Shown here: in pieces, positions 27,806 through 36,374 of the stretch
Layout of the letters: each line of letters starts with the position of its first letter
Position numbering within the stretch: the stretch's first letter is position 1
NCBI GenBank assembly: GCA_036564885.1
Contig: DATCOE010000054.1
Coordinates: 7,198 to 71,197 of the forward strand
Source of the DNA: Gaiellaceae bacterium
Lineage (GTDB): Bacteria > Actinomycetota > Thermoleophilia > Gaiellales > Gaiellaceae
DNA length: 64,000 nucleotides
Direction of reading: 5' to 3'
Notes under the pieces: model-generated
What the model saw: only the letters and a program-made list of their open reading frames with translations
What the model was told of the DNA's origin: nothing
Databases searched by the model: none
Translations under genes and position numbers: made by a program

Positions 27806-29136
27806 GTCTCCTCCTCGATTTGCATCTGCCTCTGCTGTTCTGCGCGCGCGTGCAAGTGGATTTCGTGTCGATCGGCACGCGGCTCGACCACGTGCGAGAC
27901 CGGCGACGCGGAGATTGTGACGCCGAGCCGCTCCAGCGCGACGAGCGCAGCGCCCCGCGCCGAGCCCTCGGGCGACGCCGACACTTCGAGCGGGCGGCCG
28001 AGGACGTCGGCGAGCACCTGCACCCACCCGGGATTGGCGCGCAGCGCCCCGCCGGTGACGACGACCGAACCGATCTCGCCGAGCGCGTCGAGCACGGCTG
28101 CAAACCGGTAGCAGACGCCCTCGAGCGCGGCCTGCGCGATGTCGGCCGGCGTCGTCGCGAACGAGAGCCCGTCAACGAGGCCACGGCGTGAGGCGTCCCA
28201 GCCGAGCGAGCGCTCGCCGCCGAGGAACGGCAGGAAGACGAGCCCATGCGCGGCCGCCGGGCGCTCGGCGAGGTGATCAGTGTCGAAATCGCGCAGTGTT
28301 TGCTGCAGCCACGCGTGCAGGTTGCCGCCGTCCGAAAGCGCGCCTCCCTCGCAGAAGCGGCGCTCGTCGAGCCGGTAGAGAAAGAGGCCGGGACGCGGCT
28401 CCGCGGCGTCGGCTCGATAGACGACACGTGCGGCGCCCGAGGTCCCCACCGTCAACGCGACGCGGTCGCGGTCGACACAGCCGACGCCGACATTCGAGCA
28501 CGCCCCGTCACCGAGCGCCGGGTAGACGCCGGCCACAGGCTCGTCGGAAACCGGTGGGAGTTGCGAAGGCTCGAGCCCGAGCGCAGCGACCGTTTCCCCA
28601 TCCCACTCGAGCTGGTTGGGGTCGTAGAGGCCGGTGCCGCTCGCCATCGAGACGCTCGTTCGTGCCTCGCCCGTCAGCCGGAGCAGGAGGTAGTCGGCAA
28701 ACGACAGGACCCGCTCCGGATGGACTCCGTCGTCGGCAAGGCGCGCCAGCTTCGCGGGCCAGTAGGACGGGTGGAGGAAGCAGCCGGTGCGCTGGTGATA
28801 GGCGTCCGGGTCGAGCGCCGGCGGGGCGCCTGTCGTGTCGCGCCAGGTGAGCACGGGCCCGAGCGGCCGGTCGCGCGCATCGAGCGCGACGAGCGAGTGC
28901 CAGAAGCACGAGATCGCGATCGCGTCACCTTCGCCGACCTGCGCGAGCACGGCGAGGCAAGCGTCAACCAGACTGTCCGCATCGAGATCGTCGTAGGCGA
29001 GGTGCGCGTCGCCCGGCTCCGCGTCTCCCTGCTCGGTGTATGCGACAGCCCGTACCGACGACGAGCCCACATCGAGCGCGACGACCTTCAGGCGGCGACC
29101 TCCTCCGGGTCGAGTGGGAGCTCCACTCGGAAGCAC
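27802..29136 (-). CDS. FGGY-family carbohydrate kinase (gluconokinase-like)
   Basis: VALDVGSSSVR phosphate-1 motif and a C-terminal GGALRANPGW block. Start uncertain: GTG 29136 overlaps the kinase gene by 49 nt, and CTG 29091 is the alternative. Confidence 0.75.
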   Translation of the reverse strand: MLPSGAPTRPGGGRRLKVVALDVGSSSVRAVAYTEQGDAEPGDAHLAYDDLDADSLVDACLAVLAQVGEGDAIAISCFWHSLVALDARDRPLGPVLTWRDTTGAPPALDPDAYHQRTGCFLHPSYWPAKLARLADDGVHPERVLSFADYLLLRLTGEARTSVSMASGTGLYDPNQLEWDGETVAALGLEPSQLPPVSDEPVAGVYPALGDGACSNVGVGCVDRDRVALTVGTSGAARVVYRADAAEPRPGLFLYRLDERRFCEGGALSDGGNLHAWLQQTLRDFDTDHLAERPAAAHGLVFLPFLGGERSLGWDASRRGLVDGLSFATTPADIAQAALEGVCYRFAAVLDALGEIGSVVVTGGALRANPGWVQVLADVLGRPLEVSASPEGSARGAALVALERLGVTISASPVSHVVEPRADRHEIHLHARAEQQRQMQIEEET

Positions 29137-30947
29137 GCGCCTGCGCCCGCTTCCGAGCGCACGTCGATCGTGCCGCCGTGCGCCTCGGCGATCGCGCGGG
29201 AGATGACAAGGCCAAGACCGGTGCCGGGAATCGCCTGCTCCGTCGCGATCGATGAGCGAAAGAAGCGCTGGAAGAGCCGGTCCTGCTCCCCGGCCGGGAT
29301 CCCGATGCCGTTGTCCTCGACCTCCACCACCGCATGCCCGCCGTCCACGAAGGCCCTGACGATCACGCGTCCACCCGCCGCCGTGAACTTGAGCGCGTTC
29401 GACACGAGATTGCCGACCAGCTGGGCGAGCCGTTCCTTGTCGCCGGTGATGAGCGGAACGGGCGCGAGCTCCGACTGGAGGTCGAGGTCGCGCGAGCGAG
29501 CGAGCGCGCCGGACGACTCCACCGCGTCGCGAACGACCTCATCGAGGTCGACGGGCCCGAACTGCAGCTGCAGCCCGTTCGCATCGAGGCGCGCGACGAA
29601 GAGGAGGTCGCCGACGAGCCGCTGCAGGCGCTCCGAGCTGCGATAGACGATCGCGAGAAACCGCTTCTGCTCGTCGGTGAGCTCGCCGGCCTCACCTTCA
29701 CGGATCATCTCGAGGAAGCCCATCATCGAGGTCAGCGGCGTCCGAAGCTCATGCGACACCGTCGCGACAAAGTCGTCCTTCAGACGGTCGAGCTCCCGCT
29801 CCTTCGTGACGTCGCGTAGCGTCCAGATCCGTCCGAGGAACCCGCCGTGATCGTCGTGCACCGGTGCGGTGAACCCCTGGAAGACCCGGCCGCTGACCGT
29901 GTCCTCGAACTCGTCGAACGTCGGTGCGTCCGGGTTCGCGCGCAGGCGCTCCATCGCCTGCCGGTACTTCCCCGGGTCGGCCATCCGCTGCTCGACCGAG
30001 AGCAGCCGGTCGACGACCGGCCCTTCGAAGCTCATGCCGAGGTCACGCGTCAGCGTGATCATCGGCCGATTCGCGAGCTGCACGTTGCCTTCGGAATCCG
30101 AGAGCAGAATCCCGTCGACGGTCGAGTTGAGCACCGCCCTCAGGACGTTCGCGAGCCGCTCGAGATCGACGTTCTGCTCCGCAAGCTCTCGCTGATGACC
30201 CGAGAGCGAGCGCGACATCTCGTTGAAGGCGGTCGCCAGCTGGCCGATCTCGCCGGCGCCGCCTTCGGGCACTTCGACCCCAAGTGCGCCGGTCGCGACC
30301 TCCCTGGTCGCGGCCGCGATGCGGCGAACGGGTGCGATGGCGGCGCGGAGGAAGTAGCCGACGACCGCGACGAAGAACAGGATCGTGACAATGATCCCGG
30401 CGACGCCGGCTGCGACTCCGTTTCGCTCTGCTCCAGAGACGCGCCCGCGGTCGCGCGCCGCGAGCTGGTCCATTCTCCGGAGCTCCGGGTCGACCAGACG
30501 CCGAATCGCGTCGACGCGTCGCTTGCCCGCCTGTGTGGCGATGCGCGCCCGCGCAGCCTGCGGATTCTGGGCTGCAAGCCGGACGAGCGGCTTCGACCAT
30601 CGCTCGAGATAGGAGCGCCAAGCCCGGTCGAGCTGATCGGCCCACGCTCCAGGCGAGAGGGTCATCAGCAGCCGCGACTCGGCGGGCAACTCCCGCTGCG
30701 CGCGGCGCCACGGCTCGAGAAAGCTCGGATCGTTCGTGACCACGTAGCCACGGCTGCCGGTCTCGAGGTCGAGCACGAACTTCTCGACCTGCGTCCCGGC
30801 GACGACCGTCCGCTCCGCCCGTTGCTCCGAGTTGGTGAAGTGACGGACTGACCGGAAGGAGTGGGCGACCAGGCCGAACTGGACGGCGAGGAAAAGGACA
30901 ACGATCCCCCCGGCGATCAGGATCCGTGCTGTCAGGCCGATGCGCAT
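29088..30947 (-). CDS. Sensor histidine kinase (CHASE3-like periplasmic domain, HAMP, PAS, HisKA, HATPase)
   Basis: H-box SHELRTPL and N/G boxes in the C-terminus. N-terminal TM followed by a CHASE3-like segment. No adjacent response regulator. Confidence 0.85.
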   Translation of the reverse strand: MRIGLTARILIAGGIVVLFLAVQFGLVAHSFRSVRHFTNSEQRAERTVVAGTQVEKFVLDLETGSRGYVVTNDPSFLEPWRRAQRELPAESRLLMTLSPGAWADQLDRAWRSYLERWSKPLVRLAAQNPQAARARIATQAGKRRVDAIRRLVDPELRRMDQLAARDRGRVSGAERNGVAAGVAGIIVTILFFVAVVGYFLRAAIAPVRRIAAATREVATGALGVEVPEGGAGEIGQLATAFNEMSRSLSGHQRELAEQNVDLERLANVLRAVLNSTVDGILLSDSEGNVQLANRPMITLTRDLGMSFEGPVVDRLLSVEQRMADPGKYRQAMERLRANPDAPTFDEFEDTVSGRVFQGFTAPVHDDHGGFLGRIWTLRDVTKERELDRLKDDFVATVSHELRTPLTSMMGFLEMIREGEAGELTDEQKRFLAIVYRSSERLQRLVGDLLFVARLDANGLQLQFGPVDLDEVVRDAVESSGALARSRDLDLQSELAPVPLITGDKERLAQLVGNLVSNALKFTAAGGRVIVRAFVDGGHAVVEVEDNGIGIPAGEQDRLFQRFFRSSIATEQAIPGTGLGLVISRAIAEAHGGTIDVRSEAGAGACFRVELPLDPEEVAA

Positions 30948-30967
30948 CTCCAGATACTTTCAGGGAC

Positions 30968-32830
30968 GTGGCGGTCGTGATTGCATCTTCCCTCCGCAAG
31001 GAGCTCTCAGGCGGCGTGCTCTTCGATGCCGTCTCGTTCAAGGTCGAGCGAACCGACCGGCTCGCGCTCGCCGGGCCGAACGGCTCTGGCAAGACAACGC
31101 TGTTGCGAGCGCTCGCCGGCGAGGTGTCGCTGGAGGGTGGCGAAGTCGCCCTCGAGCGCGGCACGCGAATTTCGCTGCACGACCAGCGGCCCCCGGCCCA
31201 GAGCAGGCGGCCGCTGCGGGAGTACGTGCTCGCGGGAACCGCCGATCTCGCGGCAGTGGAGGAGGAACTGCGGGGGCTCGAGGCCGCGATGGCAGGGGGC
31301 GAGCACGATCCGGCAACGCTGCGCCGCTACTCGGAGGCGCAGGCGCGGCTCGAACACGCCGGCGGCTACGACTGGCGCGATCGCGCAGCATCAGTCGTGC
31401 GCGGGCTCGGGTTCACCGACGCCGACCTCGATCGTCCCGTGTCGACGTTCTCCGGTGGCGAACTGACGCGCGCATCACTCGCACGCGCGCTCGCGTCTCA
31501 GCCCGACCTGCTGCTGCTCGACGAGCCGACGAACCATCTCGACATCGAGTCGCTGGAGTGGCTCGAGGGGATGCTGAAGACACTCGACGCGGCCGTGATC
31601 CTCGTCGCGCACGACCGCTGGTTCCTGGAGGCTGTCACGACGGCCGTCCTCGAGCTCGAGGGCGGCAAGTCGGTCTATTTCCCCGGGGCCTGGCACGTCT
31701 GGCGCCGCGAGCAGGCGGCACGCTCGATCCACTTGACAAAGACAGCCGCGCGGCAAGCCGAGGAGATCGCGCGCCTGGAGCGGTTCGTGGAGCGCTTCCG
31801 TTACAAGAAGAGCCTCGCGAAGCAGGCGCAGTCGAAGCTCAAGCAGATCGACCGCATCAAGAAGGCGCGCGTCCAGGTGCCCGCCGAGCGCCGGCGGGCG
31901 CTCGGCTTCGACTTCCTGAAGCCGCCGCGCTCCGGCCGCGATGTCGTCGTCGTCGACGGACTCTCGCTCCGCGCGGGCGACAAGCAGCTGCTCGCGGACG
32001 TGTCGTTTGCGATCGAGCGTGGCGAGCACGTCGCGCTCGTCGGGCCGAACGGCTCGGGCAAGACCACGCTGCTGGAGACGATCCTCGGCAAGCTCGAGCC
32101 GGCGGGCGGCCGCGTGCGCATCGGCCACGGCGTCGAGGCCGCGTACTTTTCGCAGCACGAGGCGGAACTCGACGAGCGCGGCTCGGTGCTCGACGCGGCG
32201 ATGTCGGGCACCGGCTTGAAGCGGACCGATGCGCAGAACCTGCTCGGGCGCTTTCTCTTCTCGGGATGGGACGAGCACGAGAAGCCGGTCGCCATCCTGT
32301 CCGGCGGCGAGCGGCGCCGGCTCGCACTCGCGATCGTCGTCGCGTCGGGCGCGAACTTTCTCGTCCTCGACGAGCCGACGAATCATCTCGATCTGGAGGC
32401 GCGCGAGTCACTCGAGATCGCGCTCGAGGCGTTCCCGGGAACGGTGCTCCTCGTGTCGCACGACCGCGCTCTGCTCGATGCGGTCGCGAGCCGCCTGCTC
32501 GCAGTCGAGGACCAGGGGATCGTCTCGTTCCCGGGCGGGTGGGCCGACTACGCGCGCTCGCAGGCCGAGGATGCATCTGCGCCGGCGGCGGCAGCGCCCG
32601 CGCAGCCGAAGCGCGAGAAGCCGCGACGCACCGCGAAGCCGAAGCCGACCGCGCTCGAGCTCGTCGAGCTCGAGGTCGCGCGCGCCGAAGAGCGCGTTGC
32701 CGAGTTGGAGCAGAAGCTCGCCGCTGACTGGGGCGACGCATCGCTACTGACCGCGCACCGCGAAGCGCGCGAGGACCTCTCGGCGCTGCTCGAACGGTGG
32801 GAGAGCGTGTTCGAGGAGGCGCAGACGTGA
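30968..32830 (+). CDS. ABC-F family ATPase (two ABC cassettes, no TM domain)
   Basis: Two Walker A sites (GPNGSGKTT twice), two LSGGE signatures and a C-terminal charged coiled-coil tail. Start GTG 30968 (30977 also possible). Confidence 0.9.
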   Translation: MAVVIASSLRKELSGGVLFDAVSFKVERTDRLALAGPNGSGKTTLLRALAGEVSLEGGEVALERGTRISLHDQRPPAQSRRPLREYVLAGTADLAAVEEELRGLEAAMAGGEHDPATLRRYSEAQARLEHAGGYDWRDRAASVVRGLGFTDADLDRPVSTFSGGELTRASLARALASQPDLLLLDEPTNHLDIESLEWLEGMLKTLDAAVILVAHDRWFLEAVTTAVLELEGGKSVYFPGAWHVWRREQAARSIHLTKTAARQAEEIARLERFVERFRYKKSLAKQAQSKLKQIDRIKKARVQVPAERRRALGFDFLKPPRSGRDVVVVDGLSLRAGDKQLLADVSFAIERGEHVALVGPNGSGKTTLLETILGKLEPAGGRVRIGHGVEAAYFSQHEAELDERGSVLDAAMSGTGLKRTDAQNLLGRFLFSGWDEHEKPVAILSGGERRRLALAIVVASGANFLVLDEPTNHLDLEARESLEIALEAFPGTVLLVSHDRALLDAVASRLLAVEDQGIVSFPGGWADYARSQAEDASAPAAAAPAQPKREKPRRTAKPKPTALELVELEVARAEERVAELEQKLAADWGDASLLTAHREAREDLSALLERWESVFEEAQT

Positions 32831-32893
32831 GCGCACCTGTTCTCAGTCGAGCCGTACGTCACGGCGTTCCGCGACGAGCGCCCCTCGGCGCTA

Positions 32894-33301
32894 CTACGCG
32901 TTGACGATCGCGTAGACCTTTCCCTGCATCACATGCATGTGCGGGTGTGCAGACGACGCGCAGATCACGCACCGCCATTCGTAGGTGCCGAAGGGCGCGA
33001 GGAACGTGACGCTGGTCGACCGCACGCCGTTCGCAGTCGCGGGCCGCACGAGCACGCTGATGCCGAGGGAGCGGATGGTGAACGTGTGGAACGCCTTCGT
33101 GTGGTTACGGAAGACGATCGTGGTCATTCCACCGGCGCGGATCGCGAGGTTCGCGGGCATGGCGACCTCGTCGTGGCCGGCGGCGACGATGTCGACGGTC
33201 ACGCGCAGCGGGGCGTGAGAAGGAGCGGCGGTCGCCACGGTTGCGGCGAGCGCAACACCGACGACGGCGCTGAACACAAGGAGCGTCAGTTTGCGGTACA
33301 C
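32894..33301 (-). CDS. Secreted cupredoxin-like (type-1 copper) protein
   Basis: Signal peptide, and a C-terminal C...HPHMHVMQGKV pattern resembling amicyanin/plastocyanin ligands. SD GGAGGTG upstream of the GTG start. Confidence 0.6.
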   Translation of the reverse strand: MYRKLTLLVFSAVVGVALAATVATAAPSHAPLRVTVDIVAAGHDEVAMPANLAIRAGGMTTIVFRNHTKAFHTFTIRSLGISVLVRPATANGVRSTSVTFLAPFGTYEWRCVICASSAHPHMHVMQGKVYAIVNA

Positions 33302-33430
33302 CGGGCCACCTCCAGTTTGTAATGATTGCCACGATATGGAGAAGCGGTTCGGCCGGCATCAGTCCAAACGCGGATCCGCCGTCAGGGTTTCCCCTGATCG
33401 CGGTCGAGCGGCGGAGAGACTGCCGCCGCG

Positions 33431-33539
33431 GGTGTCTGACACCTCGTCCGACTCGCGATCGCGCTCCGCAGCGCGAAAAGGTGTCAGACACCTGTGCGAA
33501 GTGATAGGCGCTGCGTCCTGCGAAAGGGTGTCAGACACC
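33431..33539 (+). repeat. Tripartite palindromic repeat element, locus B
   Basis: Copies at 33431-33443 (T), 33480-33492 (A) and 33527-33539 (A). Shares the 25-nt block cagcgcgaaaaggtgtcagacacct with locus A. Confidence 0.85.
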
Positions 33540-34397
33540 GTCCCGGGCTTGCGCGACCATCCGAATCGACGCTTCGGTGATCGGGTCGAGAACGAGAATC
33601 GCCTCGTCGGCCCCGGCGTCCGCAAGCGCGCCCAGGTGCTCGGCCAGCTCGCCCGCCGGCACCGCCTCGACGTCGCGCGGCCGCTCGCCCGCACCGTCCA
33701 CCTCCACGAGCACGCAAGCGCTCCGCTCGATCTCGGCCGGATCACGGCCGGCGAGCTCGGCTGCGGCGGAGATCTCAGCGTTGTGTCGCGCGAATCCCTC
33801 GGCGGTGTTCTCGTAGTGCGTGTACCACGTGTTCCACGCGTCCACGTGCGGCAGCGTGATCGAGAGCATCCGCGGCGCGTTGGCGCCGACCATCAGCTTC
33901 GGTCGGCGCGCAGGCGGTGGAAGCAATCGTGCGTCCTCGACCGAGTGGAAGCGGCCTTTGTACGTCACGCGCTCGCCGGCGAGCAGTCGGCGGATGATCG
34001 TGAACGCCTCGTCGAAGCGCGAGACGTGGTGGTCGAACGGCAGGCCGAACGCGCGGAACTCCTCCTGGTTCCACCCGGCGCCGAAGGCAGCAACAAGCCG
34101 ACCGCCGCTCAGTTCGTCGACGGCAGCCGCCTGCCGGGCGAGGATTCCCGGCGGGTGGAATGCGGTGCACGCGACGAGCGGGCCGATCTCGACGTGCTCC
34201 GTGATTCCCGCGAGCCACGCGAGCGTCGTCCAGCAATCCCACGGCCCCCGCTCAGGGCGGCCGTCGCTGCGGTAGAGCAGGTGGTCGCCCACCCAGATCG
34301 AGTCGAAGCCGCACTCCTCGACTGCTCGCGCCATCGCTGCAAGCTCGGGCCGGCGCACCTCGCGCTCGACTTCGGGGAGCTGGATGCCGACCCTCAC
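33531..34397 (-). CDS. Luciferase-like monooxygenase (LLM) class, probably F420-dependent oxidoreductase
   Basis: TIM-barrel LLM pattern (FDSIWVGDHL, GAGWNQEEF). The stop codon lies inside repeat copy B3. Confidence 0.8.
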   Translation of the reverse strand: MRVGIQLPEVEREVRRPELAAMARAVEECGFDSIWVGDHLLYRSDGRPERGPWDCWTTLAWLAGITEHVEIGPLVACTAFHPPGILARQAAAVDELSGGRLVAAFGAGWNQEEFRAFGLPFDHHVSRFDEAFTIIRRLLAGERVTYKGRFHSVEDARLLPPPARRPKLMVGANAPRMLSITLPHVDAWNTWYTHYENTAEGFARHNAEISAAAELAGRDPAEIERSACVLVEVDGAGERPRDVEAVPAGELAEHLGALADAGADEAILVLDPITEASIRMVAQARDGV

Positions 34398-34780
34398 GCC
34401 CAGAAACGCTCGAACGCCTCGAAGTCGAACGCCACCGCCGTCACGTCGGCAATCTGGCCGTCGCGCACCTCACAGAAGAGCGCCTGGTGAATGTCCAGCG
34501 TCCGCCCCTCGCGCTCGCCCTGCGCGCGATAGACGGCGACCGCGCGGGCGTCGTCGGCGACGACGTACTGGAGCTCGGTGCGGTAGGTGCGGTCGGTCAG
34601 GACGAACGTCTGACGGAGGAACTTCAGGACCTCGTCGCGGCCGCGGTACTCACCGCTCATCGCGTTCGAGCCGGGCACACGCCAGACGACGTCGTCGGCG
34701 AGTGTGCGTGCCACGACGATCGGGTCGCGCCCGAATGCGCCGAATGCGCGCTCGAGAAGCTCGGCGTTCGGATGCGTCAT
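34394..34780 (-). CDS. SnoaL/NTF2-like small protein
   Basis: 128-aa alpha+beta cone pattern. 4-nt overlaps with both neighbouring genes. Confidence 0.6.
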   Translation of the reverse strand: MTHPNAELLERAFGAFGRDPIVVARTLADDVVWRVPGSNAMSGEYRGRDEVLKFLRQTFVLTDRTYRTELQYVVADDARAVAVYRAQGEREGRTLDIHQALFCEVRDGQIADVTAVAFDFEAFERFWA

Positions 34781-35070
34781 CGCTCGAGCGGCGCCAGGGT
34801 CAGTCCGTAGCCCTTGAGCTGCGCGTGGTAGAGCTCCGCGAGCTCCTGGTGACCCGACCAGACGATCGCCTGACCGGTGTTGTGGATCTTCGTCGCAAGC
34901 GCCATGCCCTTGTCGTGGTCGACGCCGGGAATCGTCTGCGCGAGCGCGAACGCGACCCCCTCGAAGGTGTTGTGCTGGTCGTTCAGCACGATGACGCGCC
35001 AGGCGTCGCCGGTGCGTGAGCCGGTTCCCCGGCGCACCCGCTCTCTCGGTGGTGTCAGCGTCTCGCTCAT
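34777..35070 (-). CDS. clpS: ATP-dependent Clp protease adaptor ClpS
   Basis: Core VIVLNDQHNTFEGVAFAL...A..KIHNTGQA is typical of ClpS. Confidence 0.85.
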   Translation of the reverse strand: MSETLTPPRERVRRGTGSRTGDAWRVIVLNDQHNTFEGVAFALAQTIPGVDHDKGMALATKIHNTGQAIVWSGHQELAELYHAQLKGYGLTLAPLER

Positions 35071-35636
35071 GACGCGTCGAATGTAGCGATCACGGCCTCG
35101 GCAATCACCTGCAGCGGCCGGCCCGAGAGCTGGCTCGCCTTGCGCAGGCGGGCGAACGCGTCTGCCTCCGAGAGGCCTTCCTTCTCCATCAGTAGCCCCT
35201 TCGCGCGCTCGATCGCCTTGCGCGCGGCGAGAGCGTCCGCAAGCGACTCCACCTGCTCGCGCACTGCGGCGAGTTCCTCGTGCCGGGCCCGCGCCGTCGC
35301 GATTGCGGGCACGAGGTCCTGCTCGCGGAACGGCTTGACGAGATAGCCAAACACGCCCGCCTCGACCGCACGGTTCACGAGCTCCTCCTGGCCGTACGCA
35401 GTCAGCATCACGATCGGAATCGGCCGCTCCTCGAGGATCCGCTTCGCCGCTTCGATGCCGTCGAGACGCGGCATCTTCATATCCATGATCGCGAGATCGG
35501 GCTCATGCTCGCGGGCGAGCGCCACCGCCTCCTCGCCGTCGCGCGCCTCGGCGACGACCTCGTGCCCGGAGCGCTCGAGCAGGTCGCGCAGGTCGAGGCG
35601 GATGATGGTTTCGTCTTCGGCGATCAGGATGCGCAT
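35067..35636 (-). CDS. pdtaR: Response regulator with ANTAR RNA-binding output domain (PdtaR-like)
   Basis: Receiver domain (ILIAEDE, DLAIMDMKMP, KPF) followed by ANTAR (IERAKGLLMEKEGLSEADAFARLRKASQ). ATG at 35636. Confidence 0.9.
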   Translation of the reverse strand: MRILIAEDETIIRLDLRDLLERSGHEVVAEARDGEEAVALAREHEPDLAIMDMKMPRLDGIEAAKRILEERPIPIVMLTAYGQEELVNRAVEAGVFGYLVKPFREQDLVPAIATARARHEELAAVREQVESLADALAARKAIERAKGLLMEKEGLSEADAFARLRKASQLSGRPLQVIAEAVIATFDAS

Positions 35637-35654
35637 TCCGCATAGACTCGCACG

Positions 35655-35915
35655 ATGCTGCAGATCGCTGAAGACGCCGTGGAGGCGCTCAAGCAGATCG
35701 GCGGGCTGCGCATCACCGCCGAGGACGTGGACGGCGAGGTCGAGATCTCGATCGAGGACGCCACAGAGCCGGCTGAAGGCGATCAGATCGTGGAGCGAGA
35801 CGGCGCAATTGTCTACCTCGACCCCGCCGCGGCCGAGGTGCTCTCGGACGAGGTGCTCGGCGTGCACTCCCACGACGACCACTTCCACTTCAGCTTCGAC
35901 GACCAGTCGGCCTAG
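35655..35915 (+). CDS. HesB/IscA-like small protein lacking the cysteine ligands
   Basis: 86 aa with an IscA-like spacing of hydrophobic and acidic blocks. No Cys residues. Confidence 0.5.
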   Translation: MLQIAEDAVEALKQIGGLRITAEDVDGEVEISIEDATEPAEGDQIVERDGAIVYLDPAAAEVLSDEVLGVHSHDDHFHFSFDDQSA

Positions 35916-35930
35916 CCCGACCCGCCAGCG

Positions 35931-35955
35931 CGTCGCGCGTCACACTCGCGCGACG
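35931..35955. terminator. Perfect 9-bp stem / 7-nt loop hairpin between convergent genes (no U-tract)
   Basis: cgtcgcgcg-tcacact-cgcgcgacg. The loop contains the stop codon of the minus-strand ORF 35940..36305. Confidence 0.4.
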
Positions 35956-36305
35956 ATCACGTAGCTCCGGCATCCGCTTCCGCCATGCCCGACCGTGACC
36001 CGTCTGGCGGCAGCCATCCAAACGGAAGTGTCGCCGGATGGAGAAAGAAGTGAAACGTTCCGTTCGAAAGCCGCCGGTCGGGCCGTACGATTTGGACGCC
36101 CCGACGTAGCCGGCCGCGACGGTGAAGCGAAGGGGACAGGGCGCGATCTCCGGCGGGCGCGGTTTGCCGCTGCTCGGGCCGCGGGGTGACGCGCAAGCAG
36201 ATGCGCGAGGTGCTGCTCCTGAATTCGCTCCAGCTCCTCGTCCGGGTACGACGGTGCGTCGACCGGCCTGCGCAGGAGCACGAGGACATACGACTCGAAC
36301 TCCAT
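35940..36305 (-). CDS. Hypothetical ORF; only the first ~45 codons look coding (YciI-like N-terminus from memory), the remainder may be decayed
   Basis: By hand count, GC3 is about 84% over the first ~43 codons and about 65% afterwards in all three frames. Confidence 0.3.
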   Translation of the reverse strand: MEFESYVLVLLRRPVDAPSYPDEELERIQEQHLAHLLARHPAARAAANRARRRSRPVPFASPSRPATSGRPNRTARPAAFERNVSLLSPSGDTSVWMAAARRVTVGHGGSGCRSYVIVARV

Positions 36306-36374
36306 CAGGCGCTAGCGATCCTTCCGGTCAAGTGTCTGCGCCGCGGTGCTCGGGTCGCTGATCAACCATCCACA

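Noticed and set aside
36000-36180. Possible housekeeping ncRNA (RNase P, SRP, tmRNA, 6S) in the low-coding-signal stretch.
   Set aside because: I saw none of the conserved signatures I know (GGAAAGUCC P4 core, the SRP GGAAG/AGCA domain, tmRNA tag/CCA end). It cannot be excluded without a covariance-model scan.
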